Positions 41,303 to 51,097 of a stretch of 55,189 nucleotides of DNA are shown here, in pieces. The DNA comes from a virus (taxonomy: Duplodnaviria > Caudoviricetes): the IMG/VR virus record IMGVR_UViG_3300036859_000189, positions 1 through 55,189 of that record. One strand, 5' to 3'. The notes below the pieces were generated by a model that saw only the letters and a list, made by a program, of their open reading frames with translations, ran no database searches and was not told the origin of the DNA. A program made the translations under genes and the position numbers. Within the stretch, counting starts at the first letter, position 1. The number at the start of each line of letters is the position of its first letter.

Positions 41303-41784
41303 CCGATGTTTTCCGGGTATCGAAGCAAGGAACTGACCTCAAGTACTCCTCTCCGACTGATCTGGTAGTTGATACCAAATACCCACACTGGAAGTGTGAT
41401 CTGAAACGTAACCCGAGGCATTATGGATTTGTCGACGCCGATGTATCTCTGGCGGCTGGGCAGTCTGTTACGATCTTTAGTGCTGAGCACGGCTACCGTT
41501 ATGCTCCGAGTTTCCTCATCATCTGGACATATCCGGCGGGGGCGGGTATTCAAGAACAGACCTACGGTATGGGCTTGCTCGAAGACTTCCTGCCACTTGC
41601 ATCCTCATTTGTCACGAGAATAAACGATACTTCCCTGACGATTGTCGGGGATAACTCCATAAATTCAGATGCGCTTTCGCATGTTTCGGTTCAGTTTAGA
41701 TTCTACATCTTTGCTGAAGACTTCCCACTCTATGACTACATTATTGAGCTGGACGAGAACACGCACAGCCCCCGCCATTTATAA
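41299..41784 (+). CDS. Tail-module protein, paralogous to the preceding gene
   Basis: FRVSKQG..HGYRYAPSF. Confidence 0.6.
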   Translation: MTDVFRVSKQGTDLKYSSPTDLVVDTKYPHWKCDLKRNPRHYGFVDADVSLAAGQSVTIFSAEHGYRYAPSFLIIWTYPAGAGIQEQTYGMGLLEDFLPLASSFVTRINDTSLTIVGDNSINSDALSHVSVQFRFYIFAEDFPLYDYIIELDENTHSPRHL

Positions 41785-41828
41785 AAAAGAGTTGTGTCCT
41801 GTAGTAACTTGTGATATTTTACAACACA

Positions 41829-42035
41829 ATGAAGAACCGCAACTTGAGAATTGCTCTTGCATGTCTTGTATTGTTTTCGGGCTATTGGTTTGGCTACCGG
41901 CCATTCAATACGAAGAAAACTTGTCATACTCTGGCAAACAACAAAATTATAGAAATGGGTTACTCTGATGATAGTGACGCCCAACGGGCGTACCTAGTTT
42001 ACTATGAAGCATGTTTGCATAGACGTGGCTTATAG
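41829..42035 (+). CDS. Small membrane-anchored Cys-pair protein (moron-like)
   Basis: TTGTGT-N17-TATTTT with extended TG, 8 nt before ATG; N-terminal TM helix. Confidence 0.6.
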   Translation: MKNRNLRIALACLVLFSGYWFGYRPFNTKKTCHTLANNKIIEMGYSDDSDAQRAYLVYYEACLHRRGL

Positions 42036-42082
42036 GAGCCAGACCCTTGTAGCCTCTTGAAATCTGTCCACATAATGTGGAT

Positions 42083-43093
42083 ATGGCAATAAGCGTAGGT
42101 GTAGCGAATCCAGGCAATATTTCAGGTGTCGGCGTTGCACAGCCTGGGCAGATCTCTGGAGTAGGCGTAGCCCAGCCGGGACGCATTACTAGCGTGGGGA
42201 ATGCTACCCCTGGTACGATCAGCGGTGTAGGTGTTTTAGGTAGCCTAAATAACGCAGCGATAGCTGGAAACGCATATGTAAACCAAGCTCAAGTCGATTA
42301 TCAAAAGCTGATTCGAGATGCACTTTCAAAGATAGGTGCTCAACAACAGCCAGTTTATGCTCCCAGGTTGGATTTTGCAGCTATTAATGCTCAATCAAGG
42401 GCAGCGGCAGAGAATGCGGTCAACCCGCTTTATACTAGAAAACTAAATGAATTTCTGGCGGAGCAATCAGCAAAGCGTGCCCGCCAGCAGCAAACATTTG
42501 AAACTGCCAATAAGATCCTTGAAGAAGATCTAGGCCAAGCTCTCGGAGCTAGTGAGTTACAACGTAGTCGAACGGCCGAAGACGTAGCTACCAACATTGG
42601 GCAGACTAGGCAGCAAGAACAGCAATTTCAAGAAGACAGCGGTACCCAATTCGAGGATCAACGGCTGGCCCAAGCGAGAGCACAGGCTGCTTCGGGTATT
42701 CTAGGTAGCGGCGCTGGTCAGCGTCAAACTACACAGGCCACTGGAGCGCGGAATACTCAAGAAAAGCGGCAAGTAGAACAGTTTAACCAGGCAAGGGCGG
42801 CACAGGAATTGTTTAAGACCCGATCATTTGAAGACCTACTCAAGTCTGATGAGCTGAGCAAGCTGAAGACGACCAGAGGCAAAGAGGCGGCTAAGTTCGA
42901 TCTTGATGCTTATATCCAGGATCTTGGATTTGAAGAAACGAAGACTCGCTCGCAACTTGAAGAGGAACGGCTAGGTTCAATCCAGAAAGAGGTGGAAAAT
43001 CAACGCTCTGGCTTGGTGAGCAACTTCATTAACTCGATTCAGAACGCGGGACAAAGAGACGCGGCGTTTAGGGCTTACGGAGGTATGTTGTAG
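42083..43093 (+). CDS. Probable internal virion/ejection protein
   Basis: Gln/Ala-rich coiled coil; ISGVGVAQPG repeats; late motif upstream. Confidence 0.65.
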   Translation: MAISVGVANPGNISGVGVAQPGQISGVGVAQPGRITSVGNATPGTISGVGVLGSLNNAAIAGNAYVNQAQVDYQKLIRDALSKIGAQQQPVYAPRLDFAAINAQSRAAAENAVNPLYTRKLNEFLAEQSAKRARQQQTFETANKILEEDLGQALGASELQRSRTAEDVATNIGQTRQQEQQFQEDSGTQFEDQRLAQARAQAASGILGSGAGQRQTTQATGARNTQEKRQVEQFNQARAAQELFKTRSFEDLLKSDELSKLKTTRGKEAAKFDLDAYIQDLGFEETKTRSQLEEERLGSIQKEVENQRSGLVSNFINSIQNAGQRDAAFRAYGGML

Positions 43094-43722
43094 TGCCCCC
43101 TTCACCATTAGGGAACTTCCCCGAACTAGCCCAAGCCTATGCTAGTTCCTTTGATCGGGTCGGTCGTCAGACTCAGAACGCTGGGAATGAATATAACACC
43201 GGTGTGCAAGCCCAAGCAGAACAAGCTCAACGAAAGGCCAGTCTTGAGGCTGAATCCCAACGCTTGAAAGATATGACCGATCCAAATAAGTATCAACTCC
43301 GTCAAAAAGAAGATGGTGGGTACGACTTCTTTGACCCAGAGGGCAACCAAATAGATGTCGCTACTTATACGCAAAGAACTGGCCAACGTGCAGCCGATGT
43401 GCTTAAGGACTCTCAAAATCCTATCGATATTCAGTACGTTGAAGATTTCAATAATCTTCAGGGGTTCTTTACGGCTTTGGTGAATAAGGACACCAAGTCT
43501 ATCGAGGCGTACAAGAAGCAGCAACCGAACCTTTCAAAATACGAAGGCGCGGGTGGTATGGACAAGTTGACACAAGATTTCAAAAAATACTACCAACGAT
43601 ACTACGTTACCAGACAACAAGATCCCAATGCCTGGGGGACTCGTCCTCAGCAAGGTACTCTCGTACCAAGCTCTCAGATGGTAGCTAGGGCTCCCCAAGG
43701 TGGTGGCGGCTTTGAACTATAG
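43093..43722 (+). CDS. Probable ejection protein
   Basis: Position between ejection-like genes. Confidence 0.55.
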   Translation: MPPSPLGNFPELAQAYASSFDRVGRQTQNAGNEYNTGVQAQAEQAQRKASLEAESQRLKDMTDPNKYQLRQKEDGGYDFFDPEGNQIDVATYTQRTGQRAADVLKDSQNPIDIQYVEDFNNLQGFFTALVNKDTKSIEAYKKQQPNLSKYEGAGGMDKLTQDFKKYYQRYYVTRQQDPNAWGTRPQQGTLVPSSQMVARAPQGGGGFEL

Positions 43723-43731
43723 AGAAGAGCT

Positions 43732-46707
43732 ATGGCTGTATTAAGTTTTTTAGCAGATATTGTCGACGCCAACACTGAAAGAGACAAGAAGAAGCGTCAG
43801 CAACGGGGCGAGCCTGAACTGTACGCAGACCAGCAGCGGGCAAGAGGCATAACCAGACCCGTACAGAATATCGGGCAACAACTGGTCGGTAATACGCTGC
43901 GCTTTTTGAACACTGTTAAGGCCGGAGGCGGAGGGGCTTTAGGGCTTGGCGAGACTTTTGCAGCGTCTATAGGTGGCAATAACCAGGCTTATGAACGTGC
44001 CAAGCAGGGTACAGCAGAAACCCTTAAAAAAGATTTGAGTCCGACGGGTGGTTTACTTGGGGCTGGGACCCTCTTTGAGAATCCTGGGCAGGCTCAAAAC
44101 ATCGGTGCCAGTGATTTAGCCAAGAAGACAGTAGGTGGTGGATTCGGTGTTGCATCTGAAGTTCTACCAATACCGTTCGGAAAAGCCGCCGAAGGTGCGA
44201 GTCTCGCTACACGGGCAGTGCGGGGTGCTGCTGCTGGTGCTACCGGGGCAGGGCTTAGTAGTGCCGCCGAGCAACTTGTCCTGAAGGGGTCTATAGACCC
44301 CAGAGAGTTGGCAAAAAGTACTGCCTTTGGAGCAGCCGTAGGAGGGACTGTACCTGTTGCTGGATCAGTTATTCGAAATCGCATACCATTGAATGAAGGT
44401 GGTTTCGTGAAGATACCAGACGATATTATGTCTCGGCTATCAAAAGCTACCGACGAAACAGAAGTAAGAAAAGTCCTCAAAGACCTTCCTGATGATGTGT
44501 CTGCCCGTGTCGCCCCAGCAATTGCACAGACCAAAGACCCAAATATCATCCAGAACATAATCAATCGAGCAAATGAACCAAAAATCTCCGACATAGGTGG
44601 CGCACGACCTTTTAATGACATCCAGAAAAATATTGAAGCTGCTCATAATGCCGGCGACAATGTAACCGCTTCCAAGCTCATAGATCAACTCCCCGTTGAA
44701 AACCAAGGGGCGATGCGATCCGCGCTAAATATCCCGCCACCCCAAGAAGTACCGGCCGCACAACGCGTTATAAGCGCACTTGATGAAGCGTCTAAGCAAA
44801 GAGGTACCCAAGAACAGCTTTACAGTGCTGAACGTTCCAAGCGTTTCGCCGCCGCCAAAAGTGCGGGTGCTAAACTACCAGGGACTGAAGGCTACAAAGC
44901 AGAACTCCGTCAGCTAAAAGGCGAACTGCCGAAGGTAGACTACCGAGGGCTGGCTGAAACAGTGGCTCCAGATGAGCAAGAGAAACTATTCTCTGAATTA
45001 CGTTCACAGGTACAAGGGCTTGGCTTGCAAACCGGGCAGAGCATCAGTACTCAAACAGCACTTCGGAAAGTTATCTTTGGCGAAGGGGGTGTACCGACTC
45101 GCAGCGAAATACAGTACTTGCGCAACGCGTTCGGTGATGACTTTGCCGAAAAGGTTGTAGACAGTATATCGGGGTTTGAGAAAGCGAAGAACCTCGCGTA
45201 TGAAGTTGCAGGTGTTCCCCGTGCCTTGATGGCAACCGCCGATGTGTCCTTTGGTCTTCGACAGGGGTTGGCTGCTGGAACAAGACATCCAGTATTGTTC
45301 GCTAAGAACTTCGTTAAGCAATTCAAATATCTTAAAAGCGATGACGCGTTTAAGGAACTCACCCAAGAGATAACTAGTCACCCCAATTATGATCTCATGA
45401 AAAAAGCACGGCTAGCTATTACAGACATAGCGGGTGATAGCGCAACAAATCGTGAGGAGCAATATGTATCGACTCTTGCAGAAAAAATACCTGGCCTCGG
45501 AAGAATCGTCAGAGCGTCGGATCGAGCATACACCGGTTTTGCTACGTCAATGCGAGCCAATATCTTTAACGGGCTTATCGATGAGGCTGATCGGGCCGGA
45601 ATACCGCTTTCGGATAAATTACTACGTAATCTGGGAGAGGTAGTTAACACCGGAACGGGGAGAGGTAGCCTCGGAAAATTGGAGGCATCGGCCCAAAACC
45701 TCAGTACTGCGCTATTCGCCCCTCGCCTCATAGCATCACGTCTTCAGATGTTCAATCCGCAGTACTATATCAAACTCGACCCGCTCGCCAGGAAAGAAGC
45801 CCTCACAACCTTGCTATCACTTGGAACCGTAGTCGGAAGTGTCGCCGGGATGGCTAAATTAGCTGGAGCAGATGTTGAAGCTGACCCACGAAGCTCGGAC
45901 TTTGCCAAAATTAAAGTAGGGGATACTCGTTTCGACATCGCGGGAGGTTTCCAGCAGTACGTCAGACTTGGCGCACAGCTCGCAAGTGGCAAGATTATTA
46001 GTTCTACGACTGGCTCAGAGATGACACTCGGTGGTGATGGTTATCGACCTCTAACTAGAGCGGATATTCTTGCGAGGTTTGCGCAAGGTAAAGAGAGTCC
46101 TGTTGTTTCTTTTGTTACCGACCTGCTCAAGGGGGAGGACTTTGCCGGCCAGCCCATAGATGTTAAGGATGCGGTCGTGAGCCGCTTTATTCCGCTTGTC
46201 GCTCAAGACTTGGCTGACATATATGGCCAGCGAAGGTACCAAGGCGAGTCTGTTGGCAAGAGCGCCACTACTGCCGTCGGTGTTGCTCCGCTAACAGCAA
46301 CCGGCGTCGGGACACAAACATATGGAACATTCAACCGAGGCGTTAGCGATAATCAACGAGCATATTTGAAGTTCCTCGATAAGCAAGGCGCAAGTAAAGA
46401 AGAGCTTTCTGCTAACGAGAGATTCTTTAAAGAACTTGGTCAAGCAAGCGGCAAACGAACTACGGTCAGCAAGAAGATAAATGATGCTATTGCTGAGGAT
46501 GATCCAGCTAAAGCTACGCAATTGGCCGAGGAGTATAACAAGATGTTAGCCGAAGGGATGACCCGGTGGGTCAAGAAATACGGCGAAGAGTATGGCAGCT
46601 CAACTCTGCAAGAGGCATACAACAAGCGGAAACTGTCGACTAGTCCTCAGTCGTTTAACAGTAGACAGAAGAGTGTCAAGCGTGCGGAACTCTTAGGAAC
46701 AAGGTAA
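43732..46707 (+). CDS. Large DNA ejection protein
   Basis: 991 aa, Gly/Ala-rich helices, DPRSSDFAKIKVGDTRFD motif. Confidence 0.7.
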   Translation: MAVLSFLADIVDANTERDKKKRQQRGEPELYADQQRARGITRPVQNIGQQLVGNTLRFLNTVKAGGGGALGLGETFAASIGGNNQAYERAKQGTAETLKKDLSPTGGLLGAGTLFENPGQAQNIGASDLAKKTVGGGFGVASEVLPIPFGKAAEGASLATRAVRGAAAGATGAGLSSAAEQLVLKGSIDPRELAKSTAFGAAVGGTVPVAGSVIRNRIPLNEGGFVKIPDDIMSRLSKATDETEVRKVLKDLPDDVSARVAPAIAQTKDPNIIQNIINRANEPKISDIGGARPFNDIQKNIEAAHNAGDNVTASKLIDQLPVENQGAMRSALNIPPPQEVPAAQRVISALDEASKQRGTQEQLYSAERSKRFAAAKSAGAKLPGTEGYKAELRQLKGELPKVDYRGLAETVAPDEQEKLFSELRSQVQGLGLQTGQSISTQTALRKVIFGEGGVPTRSEIQYLRNAFGDDFAEKVVDSISGFEKAKNLAYEVAGVPRALMATADVSFGLRQGLAAGTRHPVLFAKNFVKQFKYLKSDDAFKELTQEITSHPNYDLMKKARLAITDIAGDSATNREEQYVSTLAEKIPGLGRIVRASDRAYTGFATSMRANIFNGLIDEADRAGIPLSDKLLRNLGEVVNTGTGRGSLGKLEASAQNLSTALFAPRLIASRLQMFNPQYYIKLDPLARKEALTTLLSLGTVVGSVAGMAKLAGADVEADPRSSDFAKIKVGDTRFDIAGGFQQYVRLGAQLASGKIISSTTGSEMTLGGDGYRPLTRADILARFAQGKESPVVSFVTDLLKGEDFAGQPIDVKDAVVSRFIPLVAQDLADIYGQRRYQGESVGKSATTAVGVAPLTATGVGTQTYGTFNRGVSDNQRAYLKFLDKQGASKEELSANERFFKELGQASGKRTTVSKKINDAIAEDDPAKATQLAEEYNKMLAEGMTRWVKKYGEEYGSSTLQEAYNKRKLSTSPQSFNSRQKSVKRAELLGTR

Positions 46708-46720
46708 TTAAGGAGATCTT

Positions 46721-47065
46721 ATGGGCATATGGAAAAAACGTCTCGTGGATGTGGCTACAAAGAAAAACCAAAAAAAGGGCATTACTAAAATTCGATACAT
46801 GTACACCAAAGATGAAAAGATGATTGCCAAGAAAGAAATCCCAGCAAACATCTTTGAACTTCTGCAAACACAAGACGAAGTGGACGACACCAATCTTTCG
46901 CTAGAACAGCCGTGGAAAGAGTGTATTTTTTGTAGTGAGCGTGCCACCAAGAGTCGTTTCGTACGTCTCCAGACGGTTGATCTGTGCAATGAACACTACT
47001 TCAGTATGAACGTAGGGAAGATTGCTCAAAAACTGAACGAGACTCTTCATGCCAGCGCACGATGA
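46721..47065 (+). CDS. Zn-finger-like hypothetical protein
   Basis: CIFC...LCNEHY; AAGGAG RBS. Confidence 0.65.
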   Translation: MGIWKKRLVDVATKKNQKKGITKIRYMYTKDEKMIAKKEIPANIFELLQTQDEVDDTNLSLEQPWKECIFCSERATKSRFVRLQTVDLCNEHYFSMNVGKIAQKLNETLHASAR

Positions 47066-47501
47066 TTTCGTATCTCTGGCGGGGATCATTGATGGTGAGG
47101 GGCATATAGCCCTGGCACGTTCAAATGGTCTTTGGCACTCATTGAGATTATCAATAGGATCAACTAGTTTTGAGCTAATAGAGTACCTGAAGGACACGTT
47201 TGGTGGAAGTTACTACGTTAGCGCTCGAACGGGTCAGTACGGAAACAACAAGCGGTCCTGGCATTGGTCAACAAGCGGGAAAAATCTTTACAAGATATTA
47301 GACGAAACCATGCCTTACTTGATAATCAAAAAATCCCACGCCCTCCTAGCATTGGGATACAGAGATACGATGATTGATGGGCGTACCCAAAGACTCACTG
47401 ACGATATCATTAAGGCAAGAGTCGAGATAGCAGACAAATTTAAGCAACTAAACGCCAGAGGCTTAGACAGTTTACGCAAGCCGACAACTGGTATTACATG
47501 A
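47049..47501 (+). CDS. Free-standing single-motif LAGLIDADG homing endonuclease
   Basis: LAGIIDGEGHI, FGGS, PYLIIKK. Confidence 0.88.
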   Translation: MPAHDDFVSLAGIIDGEGHIALARSNGLWHSLRLSIGSTSFELIEYLKDTFGGSYYVSARTGQYGNNKRSWHWSTSGKNLYKILDETMPYLIIKKSHALLALGYRDTMIDGRTQRLTDDIIKARVEIADKFKQLNARGLDSLRKPTTGIT

Positions 47502-47551
47502 GAACGTGGGCCGCATCGCCCAAAAACTTAACGAGATCAAGGAGCCACAAC

Positions 47552-47644
47552 ATGCCTAAAGTTAAAGGGAAAGAGTTCCCCTACACCGCAAAAGGTAAGA
47601 AGGCGGCCAAAGCCTACAAGAAAAAGCTCAAGAAAGGTAAGTAA
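47552..47644 (+). CDS. 30-aa Lys-rich peptide (not in ORF track)
   Basis: [20 protein letters not shown]...; AAGGAG RBS. Confidence 0.65.
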   Translation: MPKVKGKEFPYTAKGKKAAKAYKKKLKKGK

Positions 47645-47775
47645 TGCCACTAAAGAAGGGTCGATCAAAGAAAGTTATCAGCCAGAATATTCGTGAGTTA
47701 CGTCATTCTGGCAGACCTCAGAAGCAAGCCATTGCTATTGCCTTTTCTAAAGCTCGCAAGTCTAAGAAGAAATAA
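47644..47775 (+). CDS. 43-aa basic peptide (not in ORF track)
   Basis: [19 protein letters not shown]...QAIAIA; TAATG coupling. Confidence 0.7.
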   Translation: MPLKKGRSKKVISQNIRELRHSGRPQKQAIAIAFSKARKSKKK

Positions 47776-47779
47776 TGAC

Positions 47780-48028
47780 ATGGACCCCATTCCCACATTC
47801 CTAGAACAAGCAGGCTTCGGCTTTATGGCAGGTATATTCCTCTGGTTGTATTTAGGCGAACGCAAGGACCACAAAGACACTCGCAAAGAGCTGAGTGCCA
47901 TGCAGGAAGCCCGGCGCTTGGACGCGGTGGAGACGCGTACAGACGTGACTTCAATCCTGCCAGGCATCTCCCAGGCTTTAGCGAATATCAGTGACAAGAT
48001 CGAGATAAGTAAGGCGAGGAAGCGATAA
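47780..48028 (+). CDS. Membrane-anchored lysis-module protein
   Basis: One TM helix plus coiled coil; start moved to the internal ATG. Confidence 0.6.
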   Translation: MDPIPTFLEQAGFGFMAGIFLWLYLGERKDHKDTRKELSAMQEARRLDAVETRTDVTSILPGISQALANISDKIEISKARKR

Positions 48029-48222
48029 TGTGGTTTCGGAAAACACGGCCGGTTGAACCAACAGAGACAGTGGAAGTCGCCGCCCACAAACGCGCCACCA
48101 AGCGTCAGATCACCGATGTCAAGAAGCAGAGTGCCAGCGTGAACCAGCAGTTTGAGGACAACGGGTTTACCTTTCAAATCTATCTAGCAGCCGGGGGTAA
48201 ACACCTAGGGGGAGGAAAATGA
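48028..48222 (+). CDS. Hypothetical protein
   Basis: TAATG coupling. Confidence 0.55.
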   Translation: MWFRKTRPVEPTETVEVAAHKRATKRQITDVKKQSASVNQQFEDNGFTFQIYLAAGGKHLGGGK

Positions 48223-48572
48223 TGGACATCAAGACGTTAACCTTGATCTTTCTCGGCCTGCGGCTTGTGTCTATGGTGTTCATCGTGGACGTTATCAAAA
48301 AACAAGTTCGCTTACTCCGCCGACCGGTTGACCCAAAGCTTAAAAATATGCGGATGGTCCTGCTTGGGGTTTCCCTGGTGATTTTCCTGGGGAACCTGAT
48401 CCCTATTGGTATAGATATTGCTACCCAATTCGTTGAAACTGGCCGCCCGACTCCCGTAAGACCCATCAGCGTCGCCTACGGGCTGTCTAGCAACATACCC
48501 GCCTTGCTATCATCGATCCTCATTTGGCTGCTCTATAAGATGGCTGAGAAGGCGCTGAAGGAGGGAAAGTGA
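48219..48572 (+). CDS. Three-TM holin-like protein
   Basis: Hydrophobic; directly before the endolysin. Confidence 0.55.
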   Translation: MMDIKTLTLIFLGLRLVSMVFIVDVIKKQVRLLRRPVDPKLKNMRMVLLGVSLVIFLGNLIPIGIDIATQFVETGRPTPVRPISVAYGLSSNIPALLSSILIWLLYKMAEKALKEGK

Positions 48573-49231
48573 TGCAGGCTCCTAGCTCAAACAGAATCAC
48601 CCAAACCGCCCACGGCCCATACAACGCGGTCGATTATTCTTACACCCCAGATATAGACTTCTATGCCCCAGAGGACGGCAAGGTTGTTTTCTATCAAGAA
48701 TCTGGAAGCTGTGGGAACAACCTCCAACTTTTAGGCAAGACTGGTCGACACGGCTTCTGTCACCTTGAGACGGCTTATGTGAAGGTCGGGGACCAAGTGA
48801 AGCGCGGCCAACGTTTGGGGAAGATGGGCTACACGGGCTACACCGAGCCCAAAGGTCCAAATGGGAGGCATTTGCATTGGGTGCTTCAACTTCCAAACGG
48901 GATTTACGCATACCCACCGGACTTTATTAACGAAGCTTTCAACCAAAAGGAGGAAGACATGATAGACGACGCTGGAGCAAGAGAACTTTTAACGTTAAGT
49001 GGGATTCTCGCCCAACCTGGAGACAAACCGGACAGACAGCCTACGTTAGAGGAAATCAAGAACCTCATTGGGAAATCTTACCCCCAAGCAATGAGAGAAG
49101 TCCGTCAATACCAACCCTGGAAGAATAATCTAGCGAAGATCAAATACTACGACGCGGACATCGAGACGGCCCGGAAGCAAACCATCAACCGGGATACCGC
49201 ACTGGCTTATCTAACCAATAACTTGAAGTAA
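48569..49231 (+). CDS. M23 peptidase endolysin
   Basis: AVDY..APEDGKV, CHL, VKVGDQVKRGQ, HLHW. Confidence 0.85.
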   Translation: MMQAPSSNRITQTAHGPYNAVDYSYTPDIDFYAPEDGKVVFYQESGSCGNNLQLLGKTGRHGFCHLETAYVKVGDQVKRGQRLGKMGYTGYTEPKGPNGRHLHWVLQLPNGIYAYPPDFINEAFNQKEEDMIDDAGARELLTLSGILAQPGDKPDRQPTLEEIKNLIGKSYPQAMREVRQYQPWKNNLAKIKYYDADIETARKQTINRDTALAYLTNNLK

Positions 49232-49317
49232 GGAGGTTAGCGTATGACCGAAATAACAATAATTCAGTAGGAAAGTTTGTACCTTAACATCACGGGCAAG
49301 TTTAGTAAGGAAAAGTC

Positions 49318-49692
49318 ATGAAGCAGAAAGTAAAGTTAGTATTCGCACGAAGTTACGTAGAAAACCCGACTAGCAACGATTGTTTTGCGGAGACAATCCA
49401 TATCGAGTTGCCAAGTCACATAAAACAAGCACATCTAATCTCAGCTCGCAGCTATCAGCCGGAAGAGATGAAAGACTCTCACACGCTCGGTGGCGACGAC
49501 ACTGCGACGATTTGGGATTACCACGATGAGCAACATCTCGTAGGAAAACTGCTCACCTATATAGATGCGACCTATTCAGACAAAGAGCAGCGGCAGGCCC
49601 ATAAAGACATCTTGAAAGATGTTGTGTATGGGTACTTCCAAGAATTGAGAACGCGTGCCATACAAACCGTGAAGGCCTATCCAGATAAGTAA
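49318..49692 (+). CDS. Hypothetical protein flanked by 24-bp inverted repeats
   Basis: IRs at 49277-49300 and 49704-49727. Confidence 0.65.
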   Translation: MKQKVKLVFARSYVENPTSNDCFAETIHIELPSHIKQAHLISARSYQPEEMKDSHTLGGDDTATIWDYHDEQHLVGKLLTYIDATYSDKEQRQAHKDILKDVVYGYFQELRTRAIQTVKAYPDK

Positions 49693-49745
49693 ACATTAAC
49701 CACCTTGCCCGTGGTGCTAGGGTACAACCTAGAGAAGGAGGATAT

Positions 49746-49925
49746 ATGGACATACCAAAACTCTACGCAGAGTATAAAAAGGCTTTTATGGCCGCTCTCG
49801 CTGCCGCAGGTGTGATTTCAGCCGCTTTAGCGGACTGGAGCCTCACGACGGAAGAAGGCGCTGCAATCGGCGCTGCGTTGGTCGGAGTGTATCTTGTTTG
49901 GAAAGCTAGAAACGAGGTTCTATGA
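49746..49925 (+). CDS. Two-TM holin-like protein (not in ORF track)
   Basis: AGGAGG RBS; KAFMAALAAAG...ALVGVYLV. Confidence 0.7.
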   Translation: MDIPKLYAEYKKAFMAALAAAGVISAALADWSLTTEEGAAIGAALVGVYLVWKARNEVL

Positions 49926-50086
49926 GTGTATCAGCACTACTAATCGGATTGTTTCTGGTAATGTACGGTGTCACCTCGCTTCACTGGGTGACTATCTCAG
50001 CTGAAGTCCTGGGATTGGTGGCTTTTATCGCCGGACTCGCCGTCTTGTTTGAGGGCGCGGTGGTAAAACTCGTGAAACGAGATTGA
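49922..50086 (+). CDS. Two-TM small protein (not in ORF track)
   Basis: ATGA overlap; 54 aa, hydrophobic. Confidence 0.6.
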   Translation: MSVSALLIGLFLVMYGVTSLHWVTISAEVLGLVAFIAGLAVLFEGAVVKLVKRD

Positions 50087-50539
50087 GATTTAGCCTGAAA
50101 TAAACTATAATGAGCTTTCTGTAAGAGAGTCTGTACTGGCAAGTGGAGGCTCTTTTACTTTTTACTTGACATTCTCATCCATCTTTGATTAGATACTTAT
50201 CTACTTACCTTGATTGGCCTCGGAACACATGTTTCGGGGCTCTTTGAGTTCCTAACAAAGAAAATACCAATACAAACAACGGACTGCTTACGAACGTGCC
50301 AAGCGTTTGCTTAAAAGGTCGGTGAAAGCCGGTGGCACATCTTGGCGCTTTTACTAAGCAGTTCGCAGTAGGGGAGAGCCATTTGAAGGCCAGACATCCT
50401 CTGGTAAAGCGAGAGATCTAGCAACGCCCCCTGATTTCTTCATGGTTTTGTAACGATTTTCAATCGCTTCACGTTCAACTCCGCTGGTATCGGTAAAGAG
50501 GGATTGTAATAGCTTCTAGAAGTAGAAGAAGGGGAGGTT

Positions 50540-50773
50540 ATGGCAAAAAAACAGTATACAGAGAAAGATTACGCTGTATACGAGCAAAATATGTTCTGGG
50601 CAAAGCAAGCCTATCGTCAGTACGAGCTTTTGGAGAGGCGTGCCAGCAAGCAGGTTAACAACAAGCCTGTGAGAAGCATGACCCCAGAGGACACTAAGCT
50701 GATTAAGGAGAAACACCTCTGGTATGATCGGTGGCAGACACACCTGCGGATAGCAAACAGCGTCCTAGAGTAA
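50540..50773 (+). CDS. Small basic protein
   Basis: GGAGG RBS; followed by two hairpin/T-run elements (50809-50892). Confidence 0.65.
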   Translation: MAKKQYTEKDYAVYEQNMFWAKQAYRQYELLERRASKQVNNKPVRSMTPEDTKLIKEKHLWYDRWQTHLRIANSVLE

Positions 50774-51097
50774 CACAATCTTAAATAAACATTAAACAAC
50801 AGGTGGACAATCGGAACATACGCTTAACAGACACGTTCCGATTTTTTAGAAAGTAACAACAGGGGTGACGCGAGAAACGCTCATCCTTTTTTAGTAGGAG
50901 AAAACAGAGTTGCTTAGACGACCAACTAGATGTATTACAGGTATAGCCACTTATATAACAGAGGTTAACCTTTACAGACTGTTATGCGTAGCGAACCAAT
51001 CAAAGAAGGTTCGTAGAATGGGCTCCCTTGAAAGTCGCCTACCTACGAACCTGGCCTCATATAATACAGACCCCGAAGCAAAAATCAAGGGGGTAGT

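Larger units (their letters stand above)
11839..42082 (+). promoter_or_regulatory. Late-promoter-like motif AGACCCTTG, 32-33 nt upstream of start codons (7 sites)
   Basis: Sites at 11839, 13262, 14837, 17097, 34266 (AGACCCTAC), 36322, 42041. Confidence 0.8.

Noticed and set aside
47049-47501. Group I intron or intein around the LAGLIDADG gene
   Set aside because: The ORF directly abuts its neighbours, leaving no room for a ribozyme core, and there are no intein splice residues.
47693-47779. N-terminal extension of track ORF 47693-48028
   Set aside because: Overlaps the more credible 47644-47775 peptide; ATG 47780 is preferred.
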